A stretch of DNA of 63,442 bases, counting the filler, from Craspedostauros australis (Eukaryota), in the NCBI GenBank assembly GCA_030167865.1. It is 10 parts of 10 records of this genome, joined end to end, with 100 filler letters (N's around TTAATTAATTAA, not from the genome) between each part and the next. Parts side by side here need not be neighbours in the genome. Positions count along the whole stretch, not along the records: positions 12,084 to 30,205 come from JALAGF010006014.1; 9 more parts are not named here. The stretch is one strand, 5' to 3'. The notes under the pieces were generated by a model that saw only the letters and a list, made by a program, of their open reading frames with translations, was not told the DNA's origin and searched no databases. Numbering within the stretch: position 1 is the first letter of the stretch; every line of letters starts with the position of its first letter. Positions 12,084 to 23,274 of this stretch are shown in pieces. A program made the translations under genes and the position numbers.

Positions 12084-12765
12084 CTAGGACCTCATTCTTC
12101 GTGGCCAGATCCTTTGGAGTGTGTTGTAAGTGCGCGCCGGGTTGTATTTGATTGTGATTGACGTTTTCTATGCACATTTTGACAATCTACTGTGCAGTTT
12201 GATGCGTGGCTCGCAGTACTGTCACCCACAGCACCACTCGAAATCTCCACATCCAGATATGGATGCCTTCCAGATGGATTGGAGACCTCATACTTCGTGA
12301 ACAGATGCTTTTGGGTGCGTTGTGTGTGCGCGTCAGGTTGGATTTCATTGTGATTGACATTTTATATGCACATTTTGACAATCTACTGTACAGTATGGTG
12401 CGTAGCTCACAGTACTGTCACCCACAGCACCACTCGAAATCTCCACATCCAGATATGGATGCCTTCCAGATGGACTGGACACCTCATACTTCGTGACCAG
12501 ACGCTTTGGAGTGTGTTGTGTGTACGCGTCAGGTTGGATTTCATTGCGATTGACATTTATTGGCACATATGGGCAATCTACTGTACAGTATGGTGCGTAG
12601 CTCGCTGTACTGTCACCCACAGCACCGCTCGAAATCTAGATTCTCAGATTTGACTACCTTCCAGACGGATCTAAGACCTCATACTTCGTGACCAGATCCT
12701 TTGGAGTGTGTTGGAAGTGGGCGCCGGGTTGGATTTGATTGTGATTGACATTTTGTATGCACATA
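12084..12765. repeat. ~196-bp tandem satellite, ~3.5 units, running off the scaffold end
   Basis: ACCTCAT(A/T)CTTCGTG anchors at 12089, 12285, 12481 and 12676. Confidence 0.92.
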
Positions 12766-13072
12766 TGACCAACTCATTACAGACAGTGACCGAATGACAG
12801 CACATGAACTGACTAAATGTAATCTGAATCTCCTTGCAGTTGGATGTAGCTGTTCCAAGGTAGGTACATGCCAATGGCTGATGTTAGTATGCAATCGATA
12901 ATAGCTGGTTTGATCCTCTGCTCAACAGGATTCATCGACAACATCATAAGCTAGACTACTTTCCACTGTTCTGCAGCGAAATGTTTGTGTTGGCTTCGTG
13001 GCTAAATTATTATTTTCGCCGTCGTCACAGGGACGCGCCGGCCAAAATTCCGGCCATTGTGATTGGCCAATA

Positions 13073-13123
13073 CCAAAACGACCTGGTTAGTGGACTTTGG
13101 CATCCAAAACGACCTGGTTAGTG
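13073..13123. promoter_or_regulatory. Perfect 20-bp direct repeat CCAAAACGACCTGGTTAGTG (31-bp period) beside a palindromic ATTGGCCAAT (CCAAT on both strands), upstream of the CCCH gene
   Basis: Copies at 13073-13092 and 13104-13123, ~125 bp before ATG 13249; the regulatory role is inferred from position only. Confidence 0.4.
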
Positions 13124-13248
13124 AATTTGCTCATTATAAATGGCAACACATCACAAACCGCCCAACATACCAATACTCAGAGCATAGTATTGCGTAGTGG
13201 AGTCGTTGCGTTCCACCCTCGCAATCGCAACGGAGCAAGGGAGAGACG

Positions 13249-15346
13249 ATGACGATCCTCAACTACTCCGGACGAAAAGGGTCTTCTGGCTCAGGGCATC
13301 GACCCTTCCATGGCCGTGGTGGCTACCGTAGGCGTGGACGAGGGAACGGACGAGAGAACGGACGAGGGAACGGAAGACATCATAGCAACCGCTCCCACTC
13401 GCAGCCATATCCGCAGTCGCACCGGCAACCGCAACCTCATTCGCACTCATACTCGTATTCGTACGTGAGGAAGGGAGATCCAAACGAACCGAAAGAGCAA
13501 GGTGAAGATCAACAACAAGGCCAAGCTCCCATTCAACCAGGACCACCAACTGAATCAAACGTGCGAGTAGCCGTATCGAGCAGCCACCAATCGAACTTGA
13601 CCAACCACCGCCAATGGGTCCGACCGAGGGATGACTCATCCGCGACGCAGGCTGTTTCAACAGAAACGAACTTGCAGCAAGCTTCGCTGCATGCTAGCAG
13701 AAGCAACAGCTACAAGCCTCCTGCAACTGCTGCTGAAGCTCAACAAGATGCGAGCAACAACAACAGCAACAACAGCGCGACAGCGGAGAAACCAGCGGCA
13801 TCACTCGTATCAGCAACATGCGCGAGACAGGACGCCAATGACCAGCGAAACTTTGCGAAGATAGAGAAGAAACATCTGCCATCTCTGCAGCGCGTTGGTC
13901 ACAACAAGCTGGTCCTCAACAAAGCACACCAAAAAGATCAAGCGAAACGCACCGACGGCCACAGCAGTGGCCACAACAATCACCTCCACAAAGTCCATGA
14001 TCATCAGATTGCAGCAAGCGCACCCGGCAAAGCAAAGCACCGTTGTAAATTCTCATCACACCAGCACGTATATGAAGGCCGGAAACGACCTCGCCCCTCA
14101 CATGCTCAACCGTTCAGACACCAAGGCGCCAAACGCATTGCGATCATCGCTCAGGAACCATCACATGCAACGCAGGACGCAACCAAGCCGTCAGCACAAG
14201 GTAACCAAAACACAACATCGGAGGATCACGCTAACAACGACAGCAACGGCAACACCAGCGACGACAATGGGAAGCAAACATCAATGAGCACAAGTACTGA
14301 AGACTCAAACAAGGCCGTCACGAAACTGACCAAATTTGCATACAAAGCAACGCACCATGTGACTCAGTCGNNNNNNNNNNNNNNNNNNNNNNNNNNNNNN
14401 NNNNNNNNNNNNNNNNNNNNTCCACAAAGTCCATGATCATCAGATTGCAGCAAGCGCACCCGGCAAAGCAAAGCACCGTTGTAAATTCTCATCACACCAG
14501 CACGCATATGAAAGCCGGAAACGACCTCGCCCCGCACATGCTCAACCGTTCAGACACCAAGGCGCCAAACGCATTGCGATCATCGCTCAGGAGTCATCAC
14601 ATGCAAAGCAGGACGCAACCAAGCCGTCAGCACAAGGTAACCAAAACACAACATCGGAGGACCACACCGACAACGACAACAACAGCAACAGCAGCGACGA
14701 TAATGGGAAGCAAACATCACCAAGCACAAGTACTGAAGACTCAAACAAGGCCGTCACGAAACTGACCAAATTTGCATACAAAGCAACGCACCATGTGACT
14801 CAGTCGGCACGGCATCAGGTCTGGACGTCCAAATCCAATAATGAACCACGGTCCAACATCCAGACTGACCGTCCCCGTTCGATGGGGCTGTCACGTGTCC
14901 GTCCCAACGACTCCAAAACGCCCATCTGTACGCTCTTTCTCAAGGGCATGGAATGCACAAACCCGCACTGCCGCAAGCGACATGACATACCGAAGGAGCA
15001 TGCCATGCCGGTGTGCTCATTCTTCCAATCCAGAGGCCAATGCCTCAAGGGACCCGACTGTCTATTCCGCCACGTCAAGATCAGCCAAGATGCGCCCGTT
15101 TGTCCAACATTCGCTTCTCTCGGATATTGCCAGAACATGGAATGCCCCATGAAGCACATCCGATCAGCTCCAGGCAAGCAACACACAAAGGTACGTACCA
15201 ATGCGCCAGTCACCAAATACAACCGCGGCAGACCCGTGAGCTTGACATTTCGGAAGGGAGGCAAACGTGGCTCGAACAATGCATTTCACGCCGGTGGTAA
15301 CAAGGGGGGCGCGAATCGGACATATCGCAGACCTTCCACCAAATGA
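13249..15346 (+). CDS. CCCH zinc-finger RNA-binding protein (ZC3H3/CPSF30-like fingers) with a long disordered RG-rich N-terminus; one gene split by a gap with a duplicated segment
   Basis: Three fingers: CTLFLKGMECTNPHCRKRH, CSFFQSRGQCLKGPDCLFRH, CPTFASLGYCQNMECPMKH. Collapsing 13985-14370 with 14421-14806 joins the two ORFs at HHVTQS-ARHQ. Confidence 0.8.
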
Positions 15347-16129
15347 TGTGGCATGCTCCGAGATGATATGGTGAGTGGAAATTTCGCATTTCATACAGAT
15401 GGAGTGGTGACGAGGCTGTATCCCAGATCAAGAAGGATAGGTCGGCGACAGAGCAAGCATGGTAAGAGATTGCTGCCGTTGCTGGAACTATTGCCGATGT
15501 TTCATGGTCGTGTTCATGTGCGATTGGAGTTGGAAATCGGTGGGTGACATGCTGATCATGTGTCGCATTTGGTGCTTGCCGGGACTTCCGAGCATTGTAA
15601 CTGCCAGGTCACTCCATAGCTCGTACCATGATGACAGGTCCACTCTCATCGTGGCTTTCCTTTTCGCAACTCTACTGTGTGCCAGTTGCTTGCTTGATGG
15701 AGGATGATATTAGCAAGGTGTCGAGTGACGAGTGATCACATTATACTTCACTATGCTCTTGCCCTCCAGAGCGAGAGAGTGTGTGTGTGTATGTGTGTGT
15801 CTGCGAACTGCATTTGGAGGATGAAGAAACCAGACCTATGATAGCTTCGACATGATCCACCATGCCACATGCATGGTAAACAAGACCAGCCTAATAGCCC
15901 AACAAGCAACAAAGAACAAGCACTTCCCAATACTCACAGGACGTGAGATGGAGGGACAGGTCAACGACCCAACATCCCACCGTGTGGAACCTACACATCA
16001 CGTATCTGTTCTCATCGCCGGCAAATACTCGTATGAGAGCGTGATACTTGTATGTACATTCATTCAGAGTACGTACGTGTAGCACATGTGATACGTGTTT
16101 GGTGGGAATTGTACCATATCTGCACTCTG

Positions 16130-17251
16130 CTAATACAGGTCCTTGATCCGACTCCACAGCTCTTCGTTCACAGGACACTCAATGCCAAGTTGCCGTCCCT
16201 TCCTCACTATGAAACCGTTGAGATGGTCGATTTCAGTTTCCCGCACGCTGCTGACATCCTGATTCATGGACGACCGATTGTTGGCGGTATCACGGATCAC
16301 TTCGCCCACAAACTGAAGCAACGACGTCTCCTCCAGACGGTTGTCGATCGCGCCGCAAGCTTTCGCAACGGCCGCAACCTCTTCCGTGACACCCATCAAG
16401 TACTCTGGAAACGACGGCTCCATGAGGAGCTGTCCGTTGGGACACCGCAGGATGGCCGTCAGTGGATTGATGACGCAGTTGGCGGCAAGCTTTTGCCACA
16501 GGAGGATGTCCATGCCGTGTGATGACAACGCCTTGCCGTGCAATCCCGATTGCTGCCACAGAGTGGACATCTCATTCGCGAAATGCATGCTGGTCTCGGT
16601 CTGTTCAATATAGGACTTGCCTTTTCCTGCGTAGACGATGTGCGGGATACCATCGTTGCCTGAGTCATCCGTTGACTTCTGGTACACACCGTTGCTTGTG
16701 CTCGCAAGGAGCAACGAGAAACGCTTGTCACCATCGTCGTCGCCATCGTTGGTTGCATCACGGTCATCGCTCCTGCTACAACTTTTTTCTTTGCTTTCTT
16801 TGGAAATGGTTGCTTCGTCCAAGACTTTTCGCAAATCATCGCGCACAGACAGCGCCCCATTGCACATCAGAACTATCTTGCATTGTGGATGCAGACAGTT
16901 CATGTGCTGTTTCACAGCCATCACGGCATGATTGGCTTTGGCGGTGATGATCACGTTTCGGACGCTCTTCTTCTGCAATGCAGCTTCGCTTTGCTCGTCC
17001 GCTTCTGACGCAACGGCAGCGACTGGAATGAGACTCGCATCTGCGAACCGAGCATCACCTTCCTCAGAATTCGCATGACACAGCGCAATCTTCATCATGC
17101 CCGTTGCGTCGATTTGATGCTTGCGATGGGATCTGAGGATCATCGTCACGGGATAGGACGGATCGAATGATCGGATGGACGACGCCCACAGCATGCCGAT
17201 GGATCCCGATCCCAAAATGTGCAGGGCGGATTTCGCCTTTTGTGTCGCCAT
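16130..17251 (-). CDS. panE: 2-dehydropantoate 2-reductase (ketopantoate reductase, ApbA/PanE family), ~373 aa
   Basis: ILGSGSIG Rossmann motif, ITAK, MCNG, WQKLAANCVINPLTA, NRSSMNQD, TEIDHLNG; likely start MATQKAK at 17251. Confidence 0.93.
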   Translation of the reverse strand: MATQKAKSALHILGSGSIGMLWASSIRSFDPSYPVTMILRSHRKHQIDATGMMKIALCHANSEEGDARFADASLIPVAAVASEADEQSEAALQKKSVRNVIITAKANHAVMAVKQHMNCLHPQCKIVLMCNGALSVRDDLRKVLDEATISKESKEKSCSRSDDRDATNDGDDDGDKRFSLLLASTSNGVYQKSTDDSGNDGIPHIVYAGKGKSYIEQTETSMHFANEMSTLWQQSGLHGKALSSHGMDILLWQKLAANCVINPLTAILRCPNGQLLMEPSFPEYLMGVTEEVAAVAKACGAIDNRLEETSLLQFVGEVIRDTANNRSSMNQDVSSVRETEIDHLNGFIVRKGRQLGIECPVNEELWSRIKDLY

Positions 17252-17783
17252 TGTCGCTGCTATTGCAGTTCCACTGTTGTGTAATGTTGTCGCGAGTATT
17301 AGTAGTCGTATGGTGATGATAATAGTGATGGGTTGGGTGGAGGTTCGTTGTGAGAAAGACTGGTTGGCTTGCGAACATCCATTCATCACGTCATCGGTCG
17401 TGGCTCGATTCTCTCCCCATTCGTGAATGACATCAGCGAAAACGAAACAAAGGAATGATCTTTCGCCAAAAAGACCCAAACCGCCACAACATCCGATCGC
17501 GGCGATACGCAATACATCAATTCATATCACAACAGAGAGGAGACACCACCCTTGACGGAAAGCTATTGATCATCACCATCGTATAATAGCTCGTATGGCG
17601 GTGACATCTGCTGTCCACCACTGTAGGTCGTACTCTGCATTCATGACCCATCACCAAAAACCCACCACAGTACGACAATTTAGTAGTCGTACCATACTCA
17701 ACGACCGTCAACAGGCAAGCACGGCATCACGGAAAGGCACTCCTCCCGTCCAACACGCCATCTGATCTGTCCCTTTCGGCAAC

Positions 17784-19556
17784 ATGGCTAAGCCGATCCC
17801 ACCAAAACGGACAGCACTGTCACGGGGCAAGTCAAGGAAGTCTGTCAGAGTGGTGGCAATCGCTGTGTGGACTGCAATCATCATTCTTCACAATGTACAC
17901 ATATCACTTTCATCACTCCAAAGGACCACGGACGAGTTCCCCAACTCGCCTCCGATACTCAGTAACCAGGCCAATCAGACAGTGCCACCCATCCAATCCA
18001 CTCCTCACACAATGGAGCCAGCGGAACGACTGACAGCATCGGATATCGCTGTCCCTTCGGAATCGCACTCACGCTCGCAACAGCATCATCCAACCGCTTC
18101 TGCTGATACGACTACGTCACAGACTCTAAGTGTCGCAAGATCAAAGAACGAATCGAACGCGCAAATCCCACCGCACGGAAACGATGAACCTGCGGATCGC
18201 CCCTTGCCACGATACCACAAAAGGATGCAAGCAGCGACTGAAGCGTCCGCACAACTGGACGCATACTGTGTGGCAAATCCAATCACTCAGTCCATCCTTC
18301 CGACATTGCTCGATCCTGTATTCGATTGTCTCCACATGAACGCGTCGCAACCCGTGCCAGAATCGCTGGCATACCCCATCACGGATGCCCATGCGCACTT
18401 CAATCACATTCGAGTCAAATTGTACGAGTGGGCGCAGCGTGACGATCACGTTTGTCTCCGTGCCTCAGGCTTCTCGGGACCGTGGATTGAAAATTGGTTC
18501 ATATCGCACTTCGAGTCTATGTACGATAGGAGAATCTCCGGGCGTAATGCTACGACTTCTGCATCTGAGTTGTTTTGCATGTACGAGATCTTCGGCCCAT
18601 ACATCCCTATCTTCATCCCATGGACCGATCATTTCAGAAAATATCGCAGGAGAAATCTACCAGGGTTGTGGTCCACGATCCGATCTGTACTACGTCCAAA
18701 TGTGCCATACATTGTCGTGGTCCAAAATGATGAAGGCCTTCTTGCGCGTGTCGACCACGTCTCAATGCAAGATATCCCCAACATTGTGGTTCTGTCAGCA
18801 GGAGGGTACGGGCATGTTCCCATACCACTGCTCAAGCAGACCGAGACGCCTTTGGTCGATTCATCGTCCTCAATCAACCCAGCCCGCATAACATCCGAGA
18901 ATGATCATCTGCAACACTCTGACTCCCCCCAATACGAGTACAACGACCCGAAAGACAGGAAGTACATTGCTTCCTTCGTTGGCGGCCGTAGAACGGCACC
19001 GCACAACATGAGAATGAACATGATCAACCAGCTGTCGCTGCTCGATGCTGACCTTCAAGCACACGCCGTCAACAACAACCATAGCACCAACAGCCATGAC
19101 ACCCACAGGCTGTTTGCATACTACGGAGGCCCGGAATGGAGAGGCTATATGGCTTCATCCTGCTTCTCCTTCTGCCCCCGTGGCTTCGGACGCACCTCGT
19201 ATCACCTCATGGAAGCACTGCAAATGGGCTTGATCCCAATTCATGTGTATCTGGACGTTCCATGGGTTCCGTATCTGGACTTGATTCAGCGCGAGCAGCT
19301 GGCAATCATCGTGAAGTTTGATGCGGTCGGCAAGTTTGCTCGTGACGAGTTGGTGCCATTGCAGACTTCGTCGCCACTGCAGCATTCCAGCTGGACCTTC
19401 GACAAGATCCGCCAAATAGAAGGACGGATTCTGTCGTATCGGGACAGTCATTTCACGTTTGAGGGTGTGATAAAACAGATTGGCACGTTCATGGTGGACC
19501 CTCGCAAGTCGGACTTGCGGTGCCAGGCTCTGCCGGAATCAGTAAGAGCGGCTTGA
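17784..19556 (+). CDS. Exostosin-like (GT47) type II membrane glycosyltransferase
   Basis: Basic N-tail + one TM segment + S/T/P stem; ASFVGG and SSCFSFCPRGFGRTSYHLMEALQMGLIPI exostosin signature. Confidence 0.85.
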   Translation: MAKPIPPKRTALSRGKSRKSVRVVAIAVWTAIIILHNVHISLSSLQRTTDEFPNSPPILSNQANQTVPPIQSTPHTMEPAERLTASDIAVPSESHSRSQQHHPTASADTTTSQTLSVARSKNESNAQIPPHGNDEPADRPLPRYHKRMQAATEASAQLDAYCVANPITQSILPTLLDPVFDCLHMNASQPVPESLAYPITDAHAHFNHIRVKLYEWAQRDDHVCLRASGFSGPWIENWFISHFESMYDRRISGRNATTSASELFCMYEIFGPYIPIFIPWTDHFRKYRRRNLPGLWSTIRSVLRPNVPYIVVVQNDEGLLARVDHVSMQDIPNIVVLSAGGYGHVPIPLLKQTETPLVDSSSSINPARITSENDHLQHSDSPQYEYNDPKDRKYIASFVGGRRTAPHNMRMNMINQLSLLDADLQAHAVNNNHSTNSHDTHRLFAYYGGPEWRGYMASSCFSFCPRGFGRTSYHLMEALQMGLIPIHVYLDVPWVPYLDLIQREQLAIIVKFDAVGKFARDELVPLQTSSPLQHSSWTFDKIRQIEGRILSYRDSHFTFEGVIKQIGTFMVDPRKSDLRCQALPESVRAA

Positions 19557-19842
19557 TCGTTGAGGGTCTTGCAGTGTAAATAGAGGACTGCAGCGAGCAA
19601 AGCATGCCAATGCAACCCGATGCGAAAGCAACGTAGAGTTGGTTAATAGAGTTGACTATTGACTAGCAAATGCAATACGAGCAGTGAAGTAAACCAGTGA
19701 ATTTCCTCCCGTGAGCGCGCTCCTGAGTTACACTTGCTGCGCTGCATGTCTGACACAAGCTTTGCTGCCATCGACGAGTGCGACGCCGAGCTTTCGCTTT
19801 CGTTACTAGTTACCTCGCTTGGCGCATTCGCCTCTTTCTTCT

Positions 19843-21243
19843 TCACAGACTGCTAGAGGCTGTATTCTGGGGATATCCCGTCAGGAATGCGTCGGAGCCA
19901 GACGATAACGACGAGTCATCGTACGCATGTGGCACCAATTCACCAGAGTCCCAGTAGTCCTGCCGCAGCATTTCCTCCATCGCACCATGTCCCATGAATG
20001 CAATGAATGGAATTTGCAATGCGCACAGAAGGATGAAGATACCGAACAATGGCTTCATCAATCCTCCACCGTGATCTTCCACGGCATGCGATGCCACTGA
20101 CAGGCAAAATGCCAGAATGACGCAATTCATGCCGACAAAGGCCAACGGGAGGAATCGTCGCGCTAGCGTATTCAGCCGTTTGACATGATTCTTGGGCAAG
20201 CCCGATTGCGGATGGCTGGGTAGCACGAGCACGGCGATTTTGCGATTCTCATCTTCGAAGTTGTCCACCAGTAGCCTGTAGTTCGATTTGGTGCGGACTA
20301 TGGGCGATGCACAAGCAGTGTCAACCTGCTGCGGGATCGCTTCTTCGTTGTTTCCGGACGGGAGCATCAGAGTCTTGGTGACGTCGTGCTGGATATTCAT
20401 GGTGGGAATAGTAGGATAGTAGAAATCGGATTCGTACGCCTGAACCTTCTTCCGGATTCGGATCTTGTAGTCGACATCCAGGTTGTGGCTGTACTCGATT
20501 GTGATGTGATGCAGGACGTCACATCGATCGAAGACGAGGTGGCTGTGGTTGCCGTTGCGTATTTGATCTGTCATGTCGGAGGCCGGTTGTTTGGGGTTGG
20601 CGGCTTGTGATGGTGCCGTTAACGTCCCTCGCTCCATTTGACGGCTTGACAGGATCACGGAGGATACGACATCCGCTTCCACCGTTGTTCCTTCTCGCCA
20701 GTATTCACGCACGAAGATGTCGTCCAAGTACGACAAGTAGGCCAAGAAGGAACCTACCAACGTTGTACAGAAGGCGAAGAGCAACGATAATGCCACGGTC
20801 GTGACCCAATCGTCACCTGCGCCGTCTGCCACGGCTGTTGCTGCTGATGTCGATGTCGAGGCAGATGATGAGGCCGCTGCTGCATCGGCGGTCTGCAGCA
20901 TGCTGATCAACACGATGCACGATGCTGCGAATATCCATCGTCTGCTCAATTGGGAGTGAATGGCTGTGCTTCGCTCGAGTGGCGGTCTGACTGGCTGCTG
21001 TGTTGATTGCTCCACTGGTTGCTCTCGTTGCTGTACATAACCCTGCTGAGACTTGATGTGTTGCTTCGACGACGTCGCCTCCAGTGATGCTTCTCCGATG
21101 GCAGAATTTGCTTGCGCTACGCGTATCTTGCCACTCATCATTCTTGATTCCGATCTCGTCATCGAGCTAGCCATACTTCTGTCTTCCTGTCCCTTCGTTG
21201 TTGCTCTTGTTGCTCTTGTCGCTCTTGGCGTCGAATGCATCAT
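19843..21243 (-). CDS. Uncharacterised multi-pass membrane protein (~4 hydrophobic segments)
   Basis: Long intact ORF; hydrophobic WIFAASCIVLISML, VALSLLFAFCTTLVGSFLAYL, FLPLAFVGMNCVILAFCL, LFGIFILLCALQIPFIAF. Start uncertain. Confidence 0.7.
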   Translation of the reverse strand: MMHSTPRATRATRATTKGQEDRSMASSMTRSESRMMSGKIRVAQANSAIGEASLEATSSKQHIKSQQGYVQQREQPVEQSTQQPVRPPLERSTAIHSQLSRRWIFAASCIVLISMLQTADAAAASSSASTSTSAATAVADGAGDDWVTTVALSLLFAFCTTLVGSFLAYLSYLDDIFVREYWREGTTVEADVVSSVILSSRQMERGTLTAPSQAANPKQPASDMTDQIRNGNHSHLVFDRCDVLHHITIEYSHNLDVDYKIRIRKKVQAYESDFYYPTIPTMNIQHDVTKTLMLPSGNNEEAIPQQVDTACASPIVRTKSNYRLLVDNFEDENRKIAVLVLPSHPQSGLPKNHVKRLNTLARRFLPLAFVGMNCVILAFCLSVASHAVEDHGGGLMKPLFGIFILLCALQIPFIAFMGHGAMEEMLRQDYWDSGELVPHAYDDSSLSSGSDAFLTGYPQNTASSSL

Positions 21244-21640
21244 TGTCGTCAGTGCGATCTCTGTCGGCTTCGTTGGTTTTCCAATTTCCAAGGACGCTCG
21301 GCAGCCTTTCTGTGCACCGATGCAAATCACGAGCAACCACACATCAAAAAGTGAGGTTTCGTTTCGCCATTTCTCCTCTCCGCTTTTGCAACGGACAAGC
21401 ACATGTTTCGATCGCTGAAAAGTGTCAACGGTCTCGCATCGGCGAAAGTCGACCCGTACGATCACTCTTTTGGAATGGTCTGTCCAACATGCCGGGTTAG
21501 TGGAGGAAGAGATAGTCTAACAATCATCATTGTAGAGACATGAAGACAAATGAAAAATGGGACTTGCTGGGGCGTTGCGTTGATGCTCCACTTCTTTATG
21601 TGTTAATACTCGCATCGTCTCCTCACACTTATAATCCCAC

Positions 21641-22756
21641 TCACGACACTGTGGCTTCCTTTCTGGAGTAGGACACATCGTAGTAGCGAACATCTGTCGC
21701 GCGTCCTTGGCTGAGCTGCCACATACGCATCGCTATCGGATTTTCGTTCGACGGCAGCAAGAACGATGCCGAGCGCTGACGGCAGCGCACTTCATCCGTC
21801 TCCGGAAGGTAGGTGTAGAGCGAGGTCGTCTCGATTTCCTTCAGCACCGATGGGGTCTGCCGGGGTTTGTCAACGGGCGTCGCGATCTCTCGCACGACCT
21901 CGCTGCAATCGAACTGATTCTCCGAGATGCGTTCCTGCCGTCGATTCAAGACGATGAGGTCGACTGCCAGCATCGATGGGGCACCGACCGGCGCGAGGAG
22001 GCACGAAAACTTATTGGGCGACGCCATGCTCACATCGACGACGCTGTTGACGCCCATGGCCACCTTCGCGATGGACTTGACGTTGTACTCGCGATCAGCG
22101 ATCGTCTTGCCATCGGCGGTCGACACGAAGCGGCTGTCATACAGCAACGCGTTGCCAATGTCGTTCTTGGCGTTGGTGTACGTCGTGTTACCACCGAACA
22201 GACCCACGCCACAGGGTGCCTGCACGTCCTTGGTGACCGATCGGACCTGCCACGTCCCGGAGAACCATTGGGGATAGAACACGTCCTGGCCTTCCATTCC
22301 GTACGGTGGCGGATTGAGCGCATTGGCGGAGACCCGACTTTCCAGAAGACCAACACCCAAGTTGCTCGATGGTGGTATCTGCGACGATGCCATGATGTTG
22401 GCCATCATGGACGATGGATCGGCGGCATTGGCTGCGGTCGGAGAGGCGAGCTGGGCGCCAATGCCGGCGGCCGTGGCGGAGGCAGCCAGAAATGCACGTC
22501 GATCGTTGAGCTGCTGCGGCGTGCTTGTTTCATCGTGGCAATCAACACCGTCCTCGTTCCGCATGCGCAATCCAAAGCACGAACGGTTTGCATACTCATG
22601 ACGCTGGATCGGCACCTGCTGCGAAATTGAAGGGATTTGAACTGTGGATGTCTTCAAAATTTGTGGAAAGCAGGAACAGGAGCCCGTGAGGAGCAATCCT
22701 GCGGTTGCGAAGAGGGCGACGCGGGGTACCATGCTGGGCACGGATGGCTTGCTCAT
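21641..22756 (-). CDS. Plastid thylakoid-lumen-targeted DUF6816-like protein
   Basis: Signal peptide ending SCSC-FP, transit region, twin-Arg DRRAFLAA...ANA-AD cleavage; core DVFYPQWFSGTW..IADREYN. Confidence 0.75.
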   Translation of the reverse strand: MSKPSVPSMVPRVALFATAGLLLTGSCSCFPQILKTSTVQIPSISQQVPIQRHEYANRSCFGLRMRNEDGVDCHDETSTPQQLNDRRAFLAASATAAGIGAQLASPTAANAADPSSMMANIMASSQIPPSSNLGVGLLESRVSANALNPPPYGMEGQDVFYPQWFSGTWQVRSVTKDVQAPCGVGLFGGNTTYTNAKNDIGNALLYDSRFVSTADGKTIADREYNVKSIAKVAMGVNSVVDVSMASPNKFSCLLAPVGAPSMLAVDLIVLNRRQERISENQFDCSEVVREIATPVDKPRQTPSVLKEIETTSLYTYLPETDEVRCRQRSASFLLPSNENPIAMRMWQLSQGRATDVRYYDVSYSRKEATVS

Positions 22757-23274
22757 TGGCGATGTGAAAACAGTCACTTCGTGCGTAGGTTGTCGTGCTG
22801 ATCGCAAGCAGGTGTCAAGCAAGTGATCGGCATCCGATCTTGTCGGCCCAGCTGCGATTCTCCCTCGTTGATGCAGCCGTCGGTTGATGTGTTGGTGTGT
22901 TTGTCGGCTTCTCCCCATTCACAAAAAGTGAGTGACGACATGATCGTTCTTCGTTTCGTCCGCGAATCTCATGCAGTCGAACAAGTCAGGCGATTTCAAT
23001 TGTAGACAAGGACACGAGAATAGAGATTTCCAGCAGGATGGGTGATTGGGTGCGTACGTGAAACACATAGTCGTACAGGACAGTCAAGTCGAGCAGATTA
23101 ATTGACTATAAAGAGTTCACTGCGTCACACTTACACTTGTGGAACGGTTCCTCCCCCAACCGACCATACATCCTACTCTTGCAGTCTGTGGTATAGCATT
23201 GCTCATCGTCGTACGAGTAGGTTTCTCCATCACATATAGGTCCCAGCATACGACGCGGAAGAGCGCGGCGTAGT

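Noticed and set aside
12084..12765. CRISPR-like array
   Set aside because: Whole units are homologous with no unique spacers, there are no cas genes, and the context is eukaryotic.
21707..22630. Long antisense ORFs (also 2820-3668, 28518-29441, 36503-37462, 23383-24057)
   Set aside because: Shadows of GC-rich genes on the opposite strand with no motifs of their own.
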